Origin: Pseudomonadota bacterium
GTDB lineage: Bacteria; Pseudomonadota; Alphaproteobacteria; Rickettsiales; Midichloriaceae
DNA length: 64,000 nt
NCBI GenBank assembly: GCA_018242185.1
Contig: JAFECK010000005.1
Coordinates: 42,373-106,372, forward strand
Direction: 5' to 3'
Numbering within the stretch: the first letter of the stretch is position 1; every line of letters starts with the position of its first letter. Of this stretch, positions 1-9,666 are shown piece after piece. The notes beneath the pieces were generated by a model. That model saw nothing but the letters and a program-made list of their open reading frames with translations, ran no database searches and was not told the origin of the DNA. The position numbers and the translations under genes are program-made.

Positions 1-27
1 CTTAGGCAATCAAGATATGAGTAGTAT

Positions 28-1119
28 ATGCAACGCAATCTCCTAATATTATGTGGTGGGCGCTCCGCTGAGCATGAGGTTTCATTGGTCTCCGCACGTA
101 ATATTTTAACCGCACTTGATAAGGAGCAATACACTCCGCATGTAGTGCTGATCAGCCGTGATGGGCAGTGGCTTTACTTACCGCATTGGCAAGATATAGA
201 AACACTGAAAGCGGTGCCTAGCACGCTACCTAAAGCTGCCATATGCTCACTCATGCGCGTCGGCCAGCAGGTGTATATCATCAATGAAACCGGAGTAAAG
301 CAGGTCATAGATCTGGCCTTTCCAGTGCTACATGGCCCGATGGGCGAAGACGGCACCATACAGGGAATGTTTGAAGTGTTAGGGCTGCCATACGTTGGCT
401 CCGGAGTGCTATCCTCTGCAGTAGCTATGGATAAGTTGTATAGCAAAATGGCATTTGCTGCAGCAGGCCTGCCAATCGCACCATACTTTGCGCTAAGCGC
501 TGATGAGGTTAAACCAACATTCAATGACGCTCAAAAACGCCTTACTACAGAGATAGTGTTCGTAAAACCTGCCGTCATGGGCTCCTCTGTGGGCGTGAGC
601 AAAGTGCGTACCCAAGAGCAGTGGGACAAAGCTTTACGTTTAGCTTTTAGCTATGGCTCTAAAGTGATCGTGGAAGCGATGGTGGTAGGACGAGAAGTGG
701 AATGCGCTGTGCTTGGAGGAGAGCAGCCTAAAGCCTCTATATTAGGTGAAATTAGGCCTACTCATGACTTTTATTCTTATGAATCGAAATATCTTGACCC
801 TAACGGTGCTGAGCTGATTGTGCCAGCCCCATTGAGTGAAAAACATACCACTATGGTGCAACAGCTAGCGATTAAAGCGTTTCAAGCTCTGTCTTGCGCT
901 GGCATGGCAAGAATTGATTTCTTCTTCTGCGAAGATGGCCGAGCTATTGTTAATGAAGCCAACACCATCCCAGGGTTCACCTCAATTAGCATGTATCCCA
1001 TGCTCTGGCAGAATTCAGGCATGACTTATTCTGGGCTAATTTCAAAGCTGCTGGAGTTAGCGTTAAGCGAGTTTGCCGCAAAGCAAGTGGTGAGTACCGA
1101 CCATTTGTTGGCAGTGTAA
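28..1119 (+). CDS. ddl: D-alanine--D-alanine ligase
   Basis: 363-aa ORF. It has the N-terminal LILCGGRSAEHEVSLVSA and ATP-grasp motifs (EVECAVLG, ARIDFF, VNEANTIPGFT) typical of Ddl. Confidence 0.93.
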   Translation: MQRNLLILCGGRSAEHEVSLVSARNILTALDKEQYTPHVVLISRDGQWLYLPHWQDIETLKAVPSTLPKAAICSLMRVGQQVYIINETGVKQVIDLAFPVLHGPMGEDGTIQGMFEVLGLPYVGSGVLSSAVAMDKLYSKMAFAAAGLPIAPYFALSADEVKPTFNDAQKRLTTEIVFVKPAVMGSSVGVSKVRTQEQWDKALRLAFSYGSKVIVEAMVVGREVECAVLGGEQPKASILGEIRPTHDFYSYESKYLDPNGAELIVPAPLSEKHTTMVQQLAIKAFQALSCAGMARIDFFFCEDGRAIVNEANTIPGFTSISMYPMLWQNSGMTYSGLISKLLELALSEFAAKQVVSTDHLLAV

Positions 1120-1195
1120 CCCTCACACAGCCCTTGTTATTTATACAGTATTGTTGTAACATATGGCCACATTAAATAAAATGTAGGATTTTGTT

Positions 1196-2803
1196 ATGAA
1201 GACACTGAATTATTACGAGCTTTATTTAGTAGCAGGCTTCCCGTTAAGCGAGGGACGCTCGTTGACCAATAATATAGATCAAATTATGGCCACAGCCAAA
1301 GCTGAGCTAGAGAGGTTGACTGTCCTGGATGACAATACGAAAAAACGTGTGATGCACAAAGGTTCAGAATGCGTCTATAAGTTTAACCCCAAGGCGCTGA
1401 TGGAGCAAGATCATGAAATACTAGCTAAAAGTAACCCCCCTGCATGCTTCCTCTTATATTATATCTTTTATCGTAGCCATAACCAAAACTCTATATTCGA
1501 TAGATTACCGCAAGCATACAAAGATACAATCACAGCAGTACATGAATGTTTAGAAAAAATTGTACACCCTGATCATCATCCAACAGCAACCCCAGAATCT
1601 ATAGTAGAAAACGCTAAACAAATAGCTAAGACAATGAAAGCGCATCAGTGGTCAGAAAAGGTGGGCACAAAGATCTCGCCGTGGAACTCCGCTAAGGAAT
1701 TTAGTAAGATACGGGCTGAGGCTAAACGAGAGGTGTATAATTCGCCAGACGGCCAGCGTCATAGGATTACTAGTTATACAAGAGCAAATGAAGAACACTT
1801 TACAGAGAGACTGCCACACAAAATGGATTGGTTTAATGCAAACTTGAAGGTTACGCTCAATACAATCGCGCAGCATTTTAACGCCGCAAAACCAGCAGGC
1901 ATGCCGGATATCAAAGTTACCGCCGATGATATTCAAAAAGTGAAGGAAGGTATTATGGCCCGCCCGGATACCCTTAATAACTCTGACGAGGAAAAAGACC
2001 GACTGCCATATATAGATACCGCAGCAACCAACCCAAAAGTAGGCCATCTAATACAGCGTATTATTGATAAAGATAAAGGGACTGTAAATGCAGGCATAAA
2101 AAATAAATATACCCCAGATAAGGTAATAAAGAGCGATCTTGAACAAATGCAGATAAACTATAATCATTACTGCAACACACAATACCCAAATTATATGGGA
2201 GAAAACACAGAACCATCAGAGATAGATCGAAATATCCAAGACTTAATAGATTCAAGAAAATTGTATATAGAAATGCTGGAAGCCTACGCCACAGATTTTG
2301 CCACGCTGAAGCCTACTGCAGCGACTTATAGCAAAAATGATCTTGATGCGCATATACGGGACTGTAAGCTGAAGCTATATGCTCTTGAGGCAATGTGCTC
2401 CCGAGATGACCGCATCGCCATGGCTGCTGCCAAACGTGGGGTATACGTTCTCCCAGGCGCACTTATCGCTGCCGGCGGAGCATCATACACTGCATTCGCT
2501 CAAGATGAGTCAGCCCTGCAAGCTATGGAAGCCCTAATAGATATGGGGCGTGGCTCTTTTGATAAGCTATGGGAAGGCTTAGCTGCAGGCAACCCGGTGC
2601 TCTGGGCAGTCATGATAGGCTGTTGCCTCGGAGCAGTAGGCCTAATATTTGGCCTCGCTAAAGGTGCTGAAATGGCATCCCACATCAATAACCGCCACAA
2701 GGCTCTGGAATATTTTGAGCAGGAAATCGGTAAGATAGCTAATGAATTCCAGGCAAAGGAAGTAGTTGCATTCGAAGCCGGAAATTCAAGTCGCCACGTA
2801 TGA
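1196..2803 (+). CDS. hypothetical protein with C-terminal membrane-anchor module (GSFxKLxEGLAAGNP motif plus hydrophobic hairpin)
   Basis: Long uninterrupted 535-aa ORF with no recognisable enzymatic motifs. Its C-terminal ~150 aa are paralogous to the degraded gene at 58568-59685 (shared KLYIEMLEAY, CKLxL..E.MCS, GSF.KL.EGLAAGNP, KALEY). Confidence 0.6.
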   Translation: MKTLNYYELYLVAGFPLSEGRSLTNNIDQIMATAKAELERLTVLDDNTKKRVMHKGSECVYKFNPKALMEQDHEILAKSNPPACFLLYYIFYRSHNQNSIFDRLPQAYKDTITAVHECLEKIVHPDHHPTATPESIVENAKQIAKTMKAHQWSEKVGTKISPWNSAKEFSKIRAEAKREVYNSPDGQRHRITSYTRANEEHFTERLPHKMDWFNANLKVTLNTIAQHFNAAKPAGMPDIKVTADDIQKVKEGIMARPDTLNNSDEEKDRLPYIDTAATNPKVGHLIQRIIDKDKGTVNAGIKNKYTPDKVIKSDLEQMQINYNHYCNTQYPNYMGENTEPSEIDRNIQDLIDSRKLYIEMLEAYATDFATLKPTAATYSKNDLDAHIRDCKLKLYALEAMCSRDDRIAMAAAKRGVYVLPGALIAAGGASYTAFAQDESALQAMEALIDMGRGSFDKLWEGLAAGNPVLWAVMIGCCLGAVGLIFGLAKGAEMASHINNRHKALEYFEQEIGKIANEFQAKEVVAFEAGNSSRHV

Positions 2804-2949
2804 TATCAATCCTATTTAAAAACCAAAATCCAATTTCGGTTTTATTTGACTAACAGCTTCATAACCTTTATACTGCGCGCTGTCGCTTTACCTATTCATA
2901 TATTAATAGGCGCAAAGCTCAGTAAAATATCATAAATAGGGGACTATCT

Positions 2950-4365
2950 ATGAGTAAGCGCTCACAAAACATACAGTTATGCATACTGTTTATCCTCGGC
3001 ACAATATTATGGCAACTACCAGCGCCTGAAGGGCTCACTGTGCATGGATGGCATCTGCTCATTATATTTATGATGACCATCATAGGCGTGATACTAGGCC
3101 CGGTACCTATGAGCGTAACCGCACTGCTGGGCGGCCTAACCTGCGTGCTCACAAAAACCCTAACACTCAATGAACTGTTGGGCGGTTTTAGCTCTAGCAT
3201 CATCTGGATTGTGGTGTTGGCTTTCTTTATTGCTAGATGCTTGATCAAAACCGGCTTAGGCAGACGCGTTGCCTACTTCTTTATCTCGAAAATTGGCCAT
3301 ACCACTATCGGCCTCTCTTACGGCTTAATTTGCACCGAATTCCTATTATCCCCTATGATCCCAAGCGTTACTGCGCGTGGCGGCGGGATCATCTACCCTG
3401 TGGCTCGTTCAATTATCGATGCTTATGGCGCAGGCAACACCCAAGCTGCGATTCGCCGCACTGGTGCATTCATCATCCAAATCTGTTTTCATGCGGCCAC
3501 TATAACGAGTGCTATGTTTGTCACCGCTATGGCCGGCAACCCGCTCGCGGTCAACCTAGCTTCCACAATGGGCGTAGAGATAACTTGGGCTACCTGGGCG
3601 CTTGGCGCTATAGTTCCAGGCTTAGTGAGCTTATTAGTATTACCTCTAGTAGTCTTCATGGTTTGCCCTCCCGATATTAGATCTCATGAAGAAAGCCCGC
3701 AGCTTGCTCGGAGAGCTCTCGCAGAAATGGGGCCTTTAAGCCGAAATGAAATATACATGCTCCTGATCTTTGTATTGCTATTATTCTGCTGGATAATGGA
3801 TGCTAAGATTGGCTTAGATGCAACAACTAGCGCATTAATCGGAGTAGTGTCGCTACTTCTAGCTGGGGTATTGACCTGGGATGACGCTATTTCTGAAAAG
3901 AGCGCATGGGATACTATGGTGTGGTTTGCGATATTGTTGACCATGTCTGGGTTCCTCGGCAAACTTGGGGTAATGCAATGGCTTGGAACTCAAATACAAG
4001 ACCTGCTAGGTGAAGACCATTCTCCAACAGTAGTAATTGCTGCTATTCTTGGGATATATATTTATATACATTATTTCTTCGCAAGCATCACCGCGCATAT
4101 CACAGTGTTTTTTGTAGTCTTCTCCGGGCTACTAGTCAGTCTAGGTGGGATGCAACCACTACCAGCTGCGATTATGCTTGCTTATGCCTCTTCGTTGTCT
4201 GGAAGCTTAACCCATTACGGGAATTCAGTGGCTCCTATTTTTTATGGCGCCAAATACTTAACTACTATGGAATGGTGGAAAGTTGGTTTTGTAGTATGTA
4301 CAGTAAATGTTATAATCTGGATAGTATTTGGATATCTGTGGTGGTCCTTGCTTGGCTGGATATAA
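2950..4365 (+). CDS. DASS-family anion/dicarboxylate transporter (2-oxoglutarate/malate translocator-like)
   Basis: 471-aa polytopic membrane ORF. The N-terminal region (LPAPEGL..HGWHLL, GGFSSSIIWIVVLAFFIA, KTGLGRRVAYFFI) and PSVTARGGGIIYP match the DASS/SLC13-type permease pattern. Confidence 0.85.
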   Translation: MSKRSQNIQLCILFILGTILWQLPAPEGLTVHGWHLLIIFMMTIIGVILGPVPMSVTALLGGLTCVLTKTLTLNELLGGFSSSIIWIVVLAFFIARCLIKTGLGRRVAYFFISKIGHTTIGLSYGLICTEFLLSPMIPSVTARGGGIIYPVARSIIDAYGAGNTQAAIRRTGAFIIQICFHAATITSAMFVTAMAGNPLAVNLASTMGVEITWATWALGAIVPGLVSLLVLPLVVFMVCPPDIRSHEESPQLARRALAEMGPLSRNEIYMLLIFVLLLFCWIMDAKIGLDATTSALIGVVSLLLAGVLTWDDAISEKSAWDTMVWFAILLTMSGFLGKLGVMQWLGTQIQDLLGEDHSPTVVIAAILGIYIYIHYFFASITAHITVFFVVFSGLLVSLGGMQPLPAAIMLAYASSLSGSLTHYGNSVAPIFYGAKYLTTMEWWKVGFVVCTVNVIIWIVFGYLWWSLLGWI

Positions 4366-4421
4366 GTAATCATCACTTATAGGATGATTGTAGTAACGCA
4401 ACTGTGATTGGAAAGGGTTAG

Positions 4422-5774
4422 ATGGAGAATCGCCGATTATTTGGGACAGATGGTGTGCGCGGGCTAGCTAACCAATACCCCATGACTACTGAAATGGTAA
4501 CGCGTATCGGTATGGCAGCTGGCAGTCTGCTGAAAAAAGGAGCGCACCGTAACAGGGTGATTATCGCTAAAGATACAAGGCTTTCCGGGTATATGATAGA
4601 AAACGCGCTTACCGCTGGCTTTTTGTCTGTAGGTATCGACGTTATGTTAGTAGGGCCTATGCCAACACCTGCCGTTTCCATGCTGATTCGCGCTATGCGG
4701 GCAGATATGGGAGTGATGATCTCCGCTTCACATAACCCGTATCATGATAATGGCCTGAAGATCTTTAACCATCTGGGTTTGAAGCTAGAAGACGAGGTTG
4801 AAGAGCAGGTACAAAACATAGTAAACCAGCGTGATCTTAACCATTTGTTAGCGAGTGCAGAGAATATTGGCCGAGCAAAACGTTTGGATGATGCAGCTGG
4901 TAGATATGTAGAATACGCTAAATACACTTTCCCAAAAGAGCAGAATTTGGATGGCTTAAAGATGGTATTAGATTGCGCCAACGGCAGCGCTTACCACCTT
5001 GCACCTACTATATTCTGGGAATTAGGGGCAGATGTAACGAAGATTGCATGTGAACCAAATGGTTTTAACATCAATAAAGATTGTGGAGCCATGCACCCAC
5101 AAGAACTCGCGCAGCAAGTAAAGCAGCATCACGCAGATATCGGCATTGCTCTGGATGGCGACGCAGACCGCATTGTTGCCTGCGACGAGCATGGCCATAT
5201 AATCCACGGCGATCACCTAATTGCAGCTATCGCTACTTATCTTCATCAACACCGTAAGCTGAAGAATGAATCTGTAGTGCTTACCCACATGTCCAACATG
5301 GCCCTAGAGCATTATCTGAATAGCCTAGGCTTAAAAGTATGGCGCACTAAAGTGGGTGATAGACATGTGTTTAAGAAGATGCAGGAAGAGAAATGCCTAC
5401 TTGGCGCGGAACAGTCCGGCCATATTATATACAGTAAATGTGCTACTACCGGTGATGGCGTAGTGGCCGCACTAGCGCTGCTTGCTTATATAAGAGAACA
5501 TAATGTGACCGCCAGCAGCATCCACAAGCTGTTCAAGCTTTACCCACAAATGCTCAAAAACATACGGTATCAAGGGAATAGTCCGTTGGATTCACCTGAG
5601 ATTCAACAAAAAATAGAAGCTCTAAAAAGCAAACACCCAGACTACCGATTCCTCATCCGTCCATCAGGCACTGAAGATCTGGTCCGCGTAATGGTAGAGG
5701 GACCTGAGCAAGAGCAAATAGAAATTTTAGCGACTACTGTAGTTGGGTACCTTGATTCCAGATTCTCGTCGTAA
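4422..5774 (+). CDS. glmM: phosphoglucosamine mutase
   Basis: 450-aa ORF with FGTDGVRG, the active-site SASHNPYHDNGLK, the DGDADR Mg site and a GEQSGH sugar-binding loop. Confidence 0.94.
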   Translation: MENRRLFGTDGVRGLANQYPMTTEMVTRIGMAAGSLLKKGAHRNRVIIAKDTRLSGYMIENALTAGFLSVGIDVMLVGPMPTPAVSMLIRAMRADMGVMISASHNPYHDNGLKIFNHLGLKLEDEVEEQVQNIVNQRDLNHLLASAENIGRAKRLDDAAGRYVEYAKYTFPKEQNLDGLKMVLDCANGSAYHLAPTIFWELGADVTKIACEPNGFNINKDCGAMHPQELAQQVKQHHADIGIALDGDADRIVACDEHGHIIHGDHLIAAIATYLHQHRKLKNESVVLTHMSNMALEHYLNSLGLKVWRTKVGDRHVFKKMQEEKCLLGAEQSGHIIYSKCATTGDGVVAALALLAYIREHNVTASSIHKLFKLYPQMLKNIRYQGNSPLDSPEIQQKIEALKSKHPDYRFLIRPSGTEDLVRVMVEGPEQEQIEILATTVVGYLDSRFSS

Positions 5775-5793
5775 TTTTTATAAACTTAGGTGT

Positions 5794-5826
5794 TGTTGCA
5801 TGGAATAGGCTTGCAACATTTTTTGG
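5794..5826 (+). terminator. candidate Rho-independent terminator after glmM
   Basis: A 7-bp stem (tgttgca at 5794-5800 pairing with tgcaaca at 5812-5818) and an 11-nt loop are followed by a run of six T (5819-5824). It starts 20 nt after the glmM stop. Confidence 0.45.
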
Positions 5827-5877
5827 CAATATGGCGCACAAACGTACAAAGAATAGTATTAATGCACCCTGTTTCCT

Positions 5878-5906
5878 TTGTATTGCACTCTTATATGTGC
5901 TATAAT
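5878..5906 (+). promoter_or_regulatory. candidate sigma70 promoter (TTGTAT-17-TATAAT with TGn extended -10)
   Basis: -35 ttgtat at 5878-5883, a 17-bp spacer ending in tgc, and -10 tataat at 5901-5906. It lies 29 nt upstream of the ORF starting at 5935. Confidence 0.4.
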
Positions 5907-5934
5907 GTGAAGGGGTTATACAATATATTAAAAA

Positions 5935-7026
5935 ATGAGACAAACTTACTTACCAAGAGCGCGATCATCATACAACACCAATCAAGATAGCTTGGTGATC
6001 GCGGCAGATTTTGCGGATTATATCGTTGATGGGCAACCACTCGGCCGGATAGATTATACTGACGTCAAAGTCTTTCTAATGAAGCTTTTTAACGACGTAA
6101 GCAAAACATCTAACGGCATACCACAAGCACTTGAGTCAGAAATTGACGAGTATGACTTATTGAAAAGACATAAAGAGTACGTGATCCTTTATTGCACCGC
6201 TGTATATGAACACGCGAGAGTACAATTACTTCAAACGCATGGCAATAAAGAGTTAGTGCAGCATCGCATACGCATGGCTATAAATTTATTGTCCTTGTTT
6301 ATAGAGGGAGTTGGTATTACAACATCAACAGATGATGACACAATTGAACTAGAGTTTGACGATGATAACACTATCCAAGCAACGCGAGACTCGTCTCCTA
6401 TCAACCATGTTAACAAATATTATAAGGATCATGCTATTGCACTAGGCAATAACAGAGAATTTCAGAGCAAGATCCAAGAATATAACGAGTTTATACAACA
6501 TAATCCAATACTCTTTAAATGGTGGCACAACCTTATGGCAACCCCTACTCACTGGGGTATGCGTTATGGTCTAGGATTATCTAGCGTTACCATTGTTATG
6601 TTCAGCGTCGCCATGTGCGCTCTAAAACCTGATCTAGCAATAGAAGCACTCACCAATAAGGAACTAATGTGGCAATGGACTGGCATTGCGCTCTCTATCA
6701 TGGTTATCTCTGCTATTACCAGCGCTCTTATCACAAAAGCTACGACCCATCCTATGTTTGCCAGAGAAAGACAAGCACATAATAACGCCAGTAAGGCGGC
6801 CTGTATTGTTGGGTTTGTCTGTATGGCTGCAATGATGATACCTTGGATAAAAACTGAACTAGGAGAAACGCTAATTATAGAAGTTTCTACTTCACTTAGC
6901 TCGCATCTTGGTCTGCAAAGCGCAATTTTAGGAATCGCGGCACTCACCACAATTATCGCGGCTGCCATACCGTTTGCTGAGCACAAATACCAAGCACATA
7001 AAGCTAATCAGGTAGAAAGGGTGTAA
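5935..7026 (+). CDS. hypothetical membrane protein (C-terminal half with about four hydrophobic helices)
   Basis: 363-aa ORF with its own promoter-like element. It has a soluble N-terminal half followed by hydrophobic segments (LGLSSVTIVMFSVAMCAL, WTGIALSIMVISAITSALI, ACIVGFVCMAAMMIPW, AILGIAALTTIIAAAIPF). No family was recognised. Confidence 0.55.
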   Translation: MRQTYLPRARSSYNTNQDSLVIAADFADYIVDGQPLGRIDYTDVKVFLMKLFNDVSKTSNGIPQALESEIDEYDLLKRHKEYVILYCTAVYEHARVQLLQTHGNKELVQHRIRMAINLLSLFIEGVGITTSTDDDTIELEFDDDNTIQATRDSSPINHVNKYYKDHAIALGNNREFQSKIQEYNEFIQHNPILFKWWHNLMATPTHWGMRYGLGLSSVTIVMFSVAMCALKPDLAIEALTNKELMWQWTGIALSIMVISAITSALITKATTHPMFARERQAHNNASKAACIVGFVCMAAMMIPWIKTELGETLIIEVSTSLSSHLGLQSAILGIAALTTIIAAAIPFAEHKYQAHKANQVERV

Positions 7027-7029
7027 GCA

Positions 7030-7581
7030 CTACTTCGCCACCATCACCAGCGCAGCACGCAGCAAGCGGTCCTTGATAATATAACCAGCCTGCACAACCT
7101 GCACAATAGTGCCGCTGGGCTGATCAGCTGCCTCCACCTGCCCTATTGCTTGATGGAAATTATGGTCAAACTCCTGTCCCATAGGATCAAGGCGCCGTAT
7201 GCCGTGCTTCTCTCTATTCTTAACCAGCATGTTAAGGGTCATCTCAACGCCCTGGTATATGCTCTGCGCTAAAGCATCGTTAGACAAGCTATCTTTAGAG
7301 ATGCTCTCCATCGCCCGACGGAAATTCTCCTCCACTTCGATCATATCGTGCGCAAAATTAGAAATCGCATACTGCGCTGCATCCTCGATTTCCTTGCTTA
7401 AGCGACGACGAATATTCTCACTTTCTGCCACAGCGCGTAGCACTTTATCCTCAAGTTCAGCATTTTTAGAGCTTAGCTCCTCTATTTGCAACCGTAGTTG
7501 CGGCAGCTGCTCTGCTTCAGATACAGCATCATTTTCTGCTTGTTCTACACTGCTTGCTTCTTCTGATTTCATCCCCACCAT
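7030..7581 (-). CDS. grpE: nucleotide exchange factor GrpE
   Basis: The C-terminal 183 aa of the 286-aa ORF carry the GrpE pattern (LRAVAESENIRRR, FDHNFHQAIGQVE, GYIIKDRLLRAALV). Start chosen at the ATG at 7581 (MVGMKSEE), which is preceded by GGAGGAAAG. The longer ORF would overlap the divergent gene at 7675. Confidence 0.88.
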   Translation of the reverse strand: MVGMKSEEASSVEQAENDAVSEAEQLPQLRLQIEELSSKNAELEDKVLRAVAESENIRRRLSKEIEDAAQYAISNFAHDMIEVEENFRRAMESISKDSLSNDALAQSIYQGVEMTLNMLVKNREKHGIRRLDPMGQEFDHNFHQAIGQVEAADQPSGTIVQVVQAGYIIKDRLLRAALVMVAK

Positions 7582-7622
7582 ACTTTCCTCCGTATTTTTA
7601 TCACGTATTTGGTTACCACCGA

Positions 7623-7653
7623 AGATAGTGTATGATATACTATTTTTCAAGGG
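7623..7653 (-). promoter_or_regulatory. candidate sigma32 (RpoH)-type heat-shock promoter for grpE
   Basis: On the minus strand CCCTTGAA (7653-7646) is followed by a 15-nt spacer and CACTATCT (7630-7623). The -35 matches the E. coli sigma32 -35 core CCCTTGAA exactly. The -10 partly matches CCCCATnT. Confidence 0.4.
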
Positions 7654-7674
7654 TAACTCAAACAAATAGGTACC

Positions 7675-8238
7675 ATGAATAAACCAAACGAGATTAAAAC
7701 AGCCTATAGGGACAGGCTGCTGCATTTGCGCAAAAATATCGCTAACGAGACTACCGCGCAGTGGCTGGAGCAGATAGAAACGCGACTGCTTTCTGTGGTA
7801 GAGAACCAGCCTACATTTAAGGTGATCGCTGGGTATACGCCCATTAAAGGTGAAATAGATGCGCTTTTTATTATGCGCAGGCTGCACCAAATGGGCCGAA
7901 AACTTGCTTTACCCAAGGTAAACGGTGACCACTTGGAGTTTCTCTACTGGCAGCCAGGAGAAACATTGATGAGTGGTAAATTCGGCATTAAAGAGCCATT
8001 GCCAAAAGCCCTTCCAGCCACGCCTAATATGATTATCGTGCCCATAGTTGGTTTTGACCGTGAGTGTCATAGGATAGGCTACGGTGGCGGCTATTATGAC
8101 CGCATAGGATTGCGTTATCCTAATGCCAAGCGCATAGGCTTAGCTTATGAGGTACAAATGGTGCCAGAAGTACCGCGAGAAGCTTGGGACATGCAGCTGG
8201 ATATGATCATCACGGAGAATGAAATTATTACATCATAA
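7675..8238 (+). CDS. 5-formyltetrahydrofolate cyclo-ligase
   Basis: 187-aa ORF with an MTHFS-like layout (KGEID, LALPKV, GIKEP, VPIVGFDRECHRIGYGGGYYDR, DMQLDMIITE). Confidence 0.85.
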   Translation: MNKPNEIKTAYRDRLLHLRKNIANETTAQWLEQIETRLLSVVENQPTFKVIAGYTPIKGEIDALFIMRRLHQMGRKLALPKVNGDHLEFLYWQPGETLMSGKFGIKEPLPKALPATPNMIIVPIVGFDRECHRIGYGGGYYDRIGLRYPNAKRIGLAYEVQMVPEVPREAWDMQLDMIITENEIITS

Positions 8239-8239
8239 T

Positions 8240-9571
8240 CTAGAAATTCATTCTGATCCCAGTGAGCCAGACATATCCATGATTACTCGGAGTTTCAGCA
8301 GCGCTGCTAAAACGGAACCCAGTTACCTCTGTATAGGGCAACAATCCTGGAGCAACTAAGTATTGCGCCCCAAATGAAAGTGCTTTCATGCGGTTATCAG
8401 ATGTATCCGAGAACTCTGGCAATTGCAAGGGCGTGAAAAATGGTGCGCTATTATTAGTGAGCTGTGAACCTACTCCTTCTAGGCCACCTGCCCTGCGCGA
8501 ATGGATATAGGTTAAGCTGTAGCCCAGCTTTTCCATCTGCTGGGAAGCTGTTAGAGTCCAATACGATGCGCCCTGCTTAGTGCCTGGGAACTGCGCTCTG
8601 TATGTGCCAGTCTTGCCCCAGTTACCATAAGTGGCACCTGCGGAATAAGTCTTATAACTCACAATTCCGCCAACCTCATATGCCCGTAAATCTCTGATGT
8701 AATCTGTATTACGATATTTCTTAGCTGAGCCAATCTCCCCAGCTACATTCATTGTAAATACCCAATCTGCGAGTTTCTTTTTATACTGCGCACCACCGCT
8801 GATGATATTGCGATATGTTGGGCGATAACCCAATGCAAACCGCTGTGAGTCTACAGGACCGCCAGTTAGTGGCGCAATCCCAACAACTGTGCCAGTGCTG
8901 TCAAGATCAGGAATATAGCTCACACCAATAGTGAGATCATCCAAAGGCTTAGTGTAATAGGTTAATTTCGGTGCATCAGAGTAAAATAGGCCGGAATAGT
9001 TGGATGGCAGGTTAGGGCTCGCCAAATAACGGAAACCTGAGAGGCCTGATAGTAATACTGGAGTAGGCCCAGGCAACACAACTAACGCCACATCATTCAT
9101 CCACTTCAGCCAAAAACCCTCAACACCATAACCAGCTTTCGCATAAGTTGAGATATCCATCTCAAACATAGCACCAGCACCTGGGTAATTACCGCCCTCA
9201 ATACGGCCGAACCTATTGCTTTGGACAAAGAACATCGTTTTATCAGCAATGCTGTCTTCGCCGCTAGTTGCAGTAGAGGTATCAGCATTCAAACGAATCA
9301 GACCTCCATAAGCAATTTCGCAATCCTCGGGGCTGTTAACCTTAATATCAATCTTAGTATCATTCACGATAGCATGGTCACGCAAGTCTGGAGAAATGGT
9401 ATATCCCGGGGTAAAGCTATACATCCTATCATAAGGCGCGTTTTGATGGCGCAAGCCCCAAGTGGTGTCCATACGCCCTTCTATAGTAACTTTTGGTGCA
9501 CCGCCAACTTGGCCTGCATATGCAATACCTGGCAATACTAAGCTTAGCAGAATAAATCGACGTGTTTTCAT
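8240..9571 (-). CDS. outer-membrane porin (alphaproteobacterial porin-like beta-barrel), paralog 1
   Basis: 443-aa ORF with a signal peptide (MKTRRFILLSLVLPGIAYA), alternating beta-strand pattern, aromatic girdle residues and a terminal Phe (GIRMNF). It is paralogous to 25130-26395 (YGGLIRLNADTS, FGRIEGGNYPGA). Confidence 0.75.
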   Translation of the reverse strand: MKTRRFILLSLVLPGIAYAGQVGGAPKVTIEGRMDTTWGLRHQNAPYDRMYSFTPGYTISPDLRDHAIVNDTKIDIKVNSPEDCEIAYGGLIRLNADTSTATSGEDSIADKTMFFVQSNRFGRIEGGNYPGAGAMFEMDISTYAKAGYGVEGFWLKWMNDVALVVLPGPTPVLLSGLSGFRYLASPNLPSNYSGLFYSDAPKLTYYTKPLDDLTIGVSYIPDLDSTGTVVGIAPLTGGPVDSQRFALGYRPTYRNIISGGAQYKKKLADWVFTMNVAGEIGSAKKYRNTDYIRDLRAYEVGGIVSYKTYSAGATYGNWGKTGTYRAQFPGTKQGASYWTLTASQQMEKLGYSLTYIHSRRAGGLEGVGSQLTNNSAPFFTPLQLPEFSDTSDNRMKALSFGAQYLVAPGLLPYTEVTGFRFSSAAETPSNHGYVWLTGIRMNF

Positions 9572-9666
9572 TACAACCTCCAGTCATACATTTGGGGATT
9601 GTCTAACAGGAAAATACAAACTACGCAAGGAAGAAATTCCTGAACACTGTTTATTAGCGATATAAC

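Noticed and set aside
3237-3680. 147-aa alternative-frame ORF inside the DASS transporter gene, and the many 60-170-aa same-strand or antisense ORFs inside ddl, glmM, ileS, mgtA, lysK, alr and the large genes.
   Set aside because: They are fully embedded in well-supported longer genes. They have low-complexity or Cys/Arg/Ser-rich translations typical of off-frame reading, and no motifs.
7582-7890. N-terminal 103-codon extension of the GrpE ORF (track ORF 7030-7890).
   Set aside because: The extension has no GrpE similarity. It overlaps the divergent cyclo-ligase gene and its promoter region. The internal ATG at 7581 has a strong GGAGGAAAG ribosome-binding site and a sigma32-like promoter upstream.
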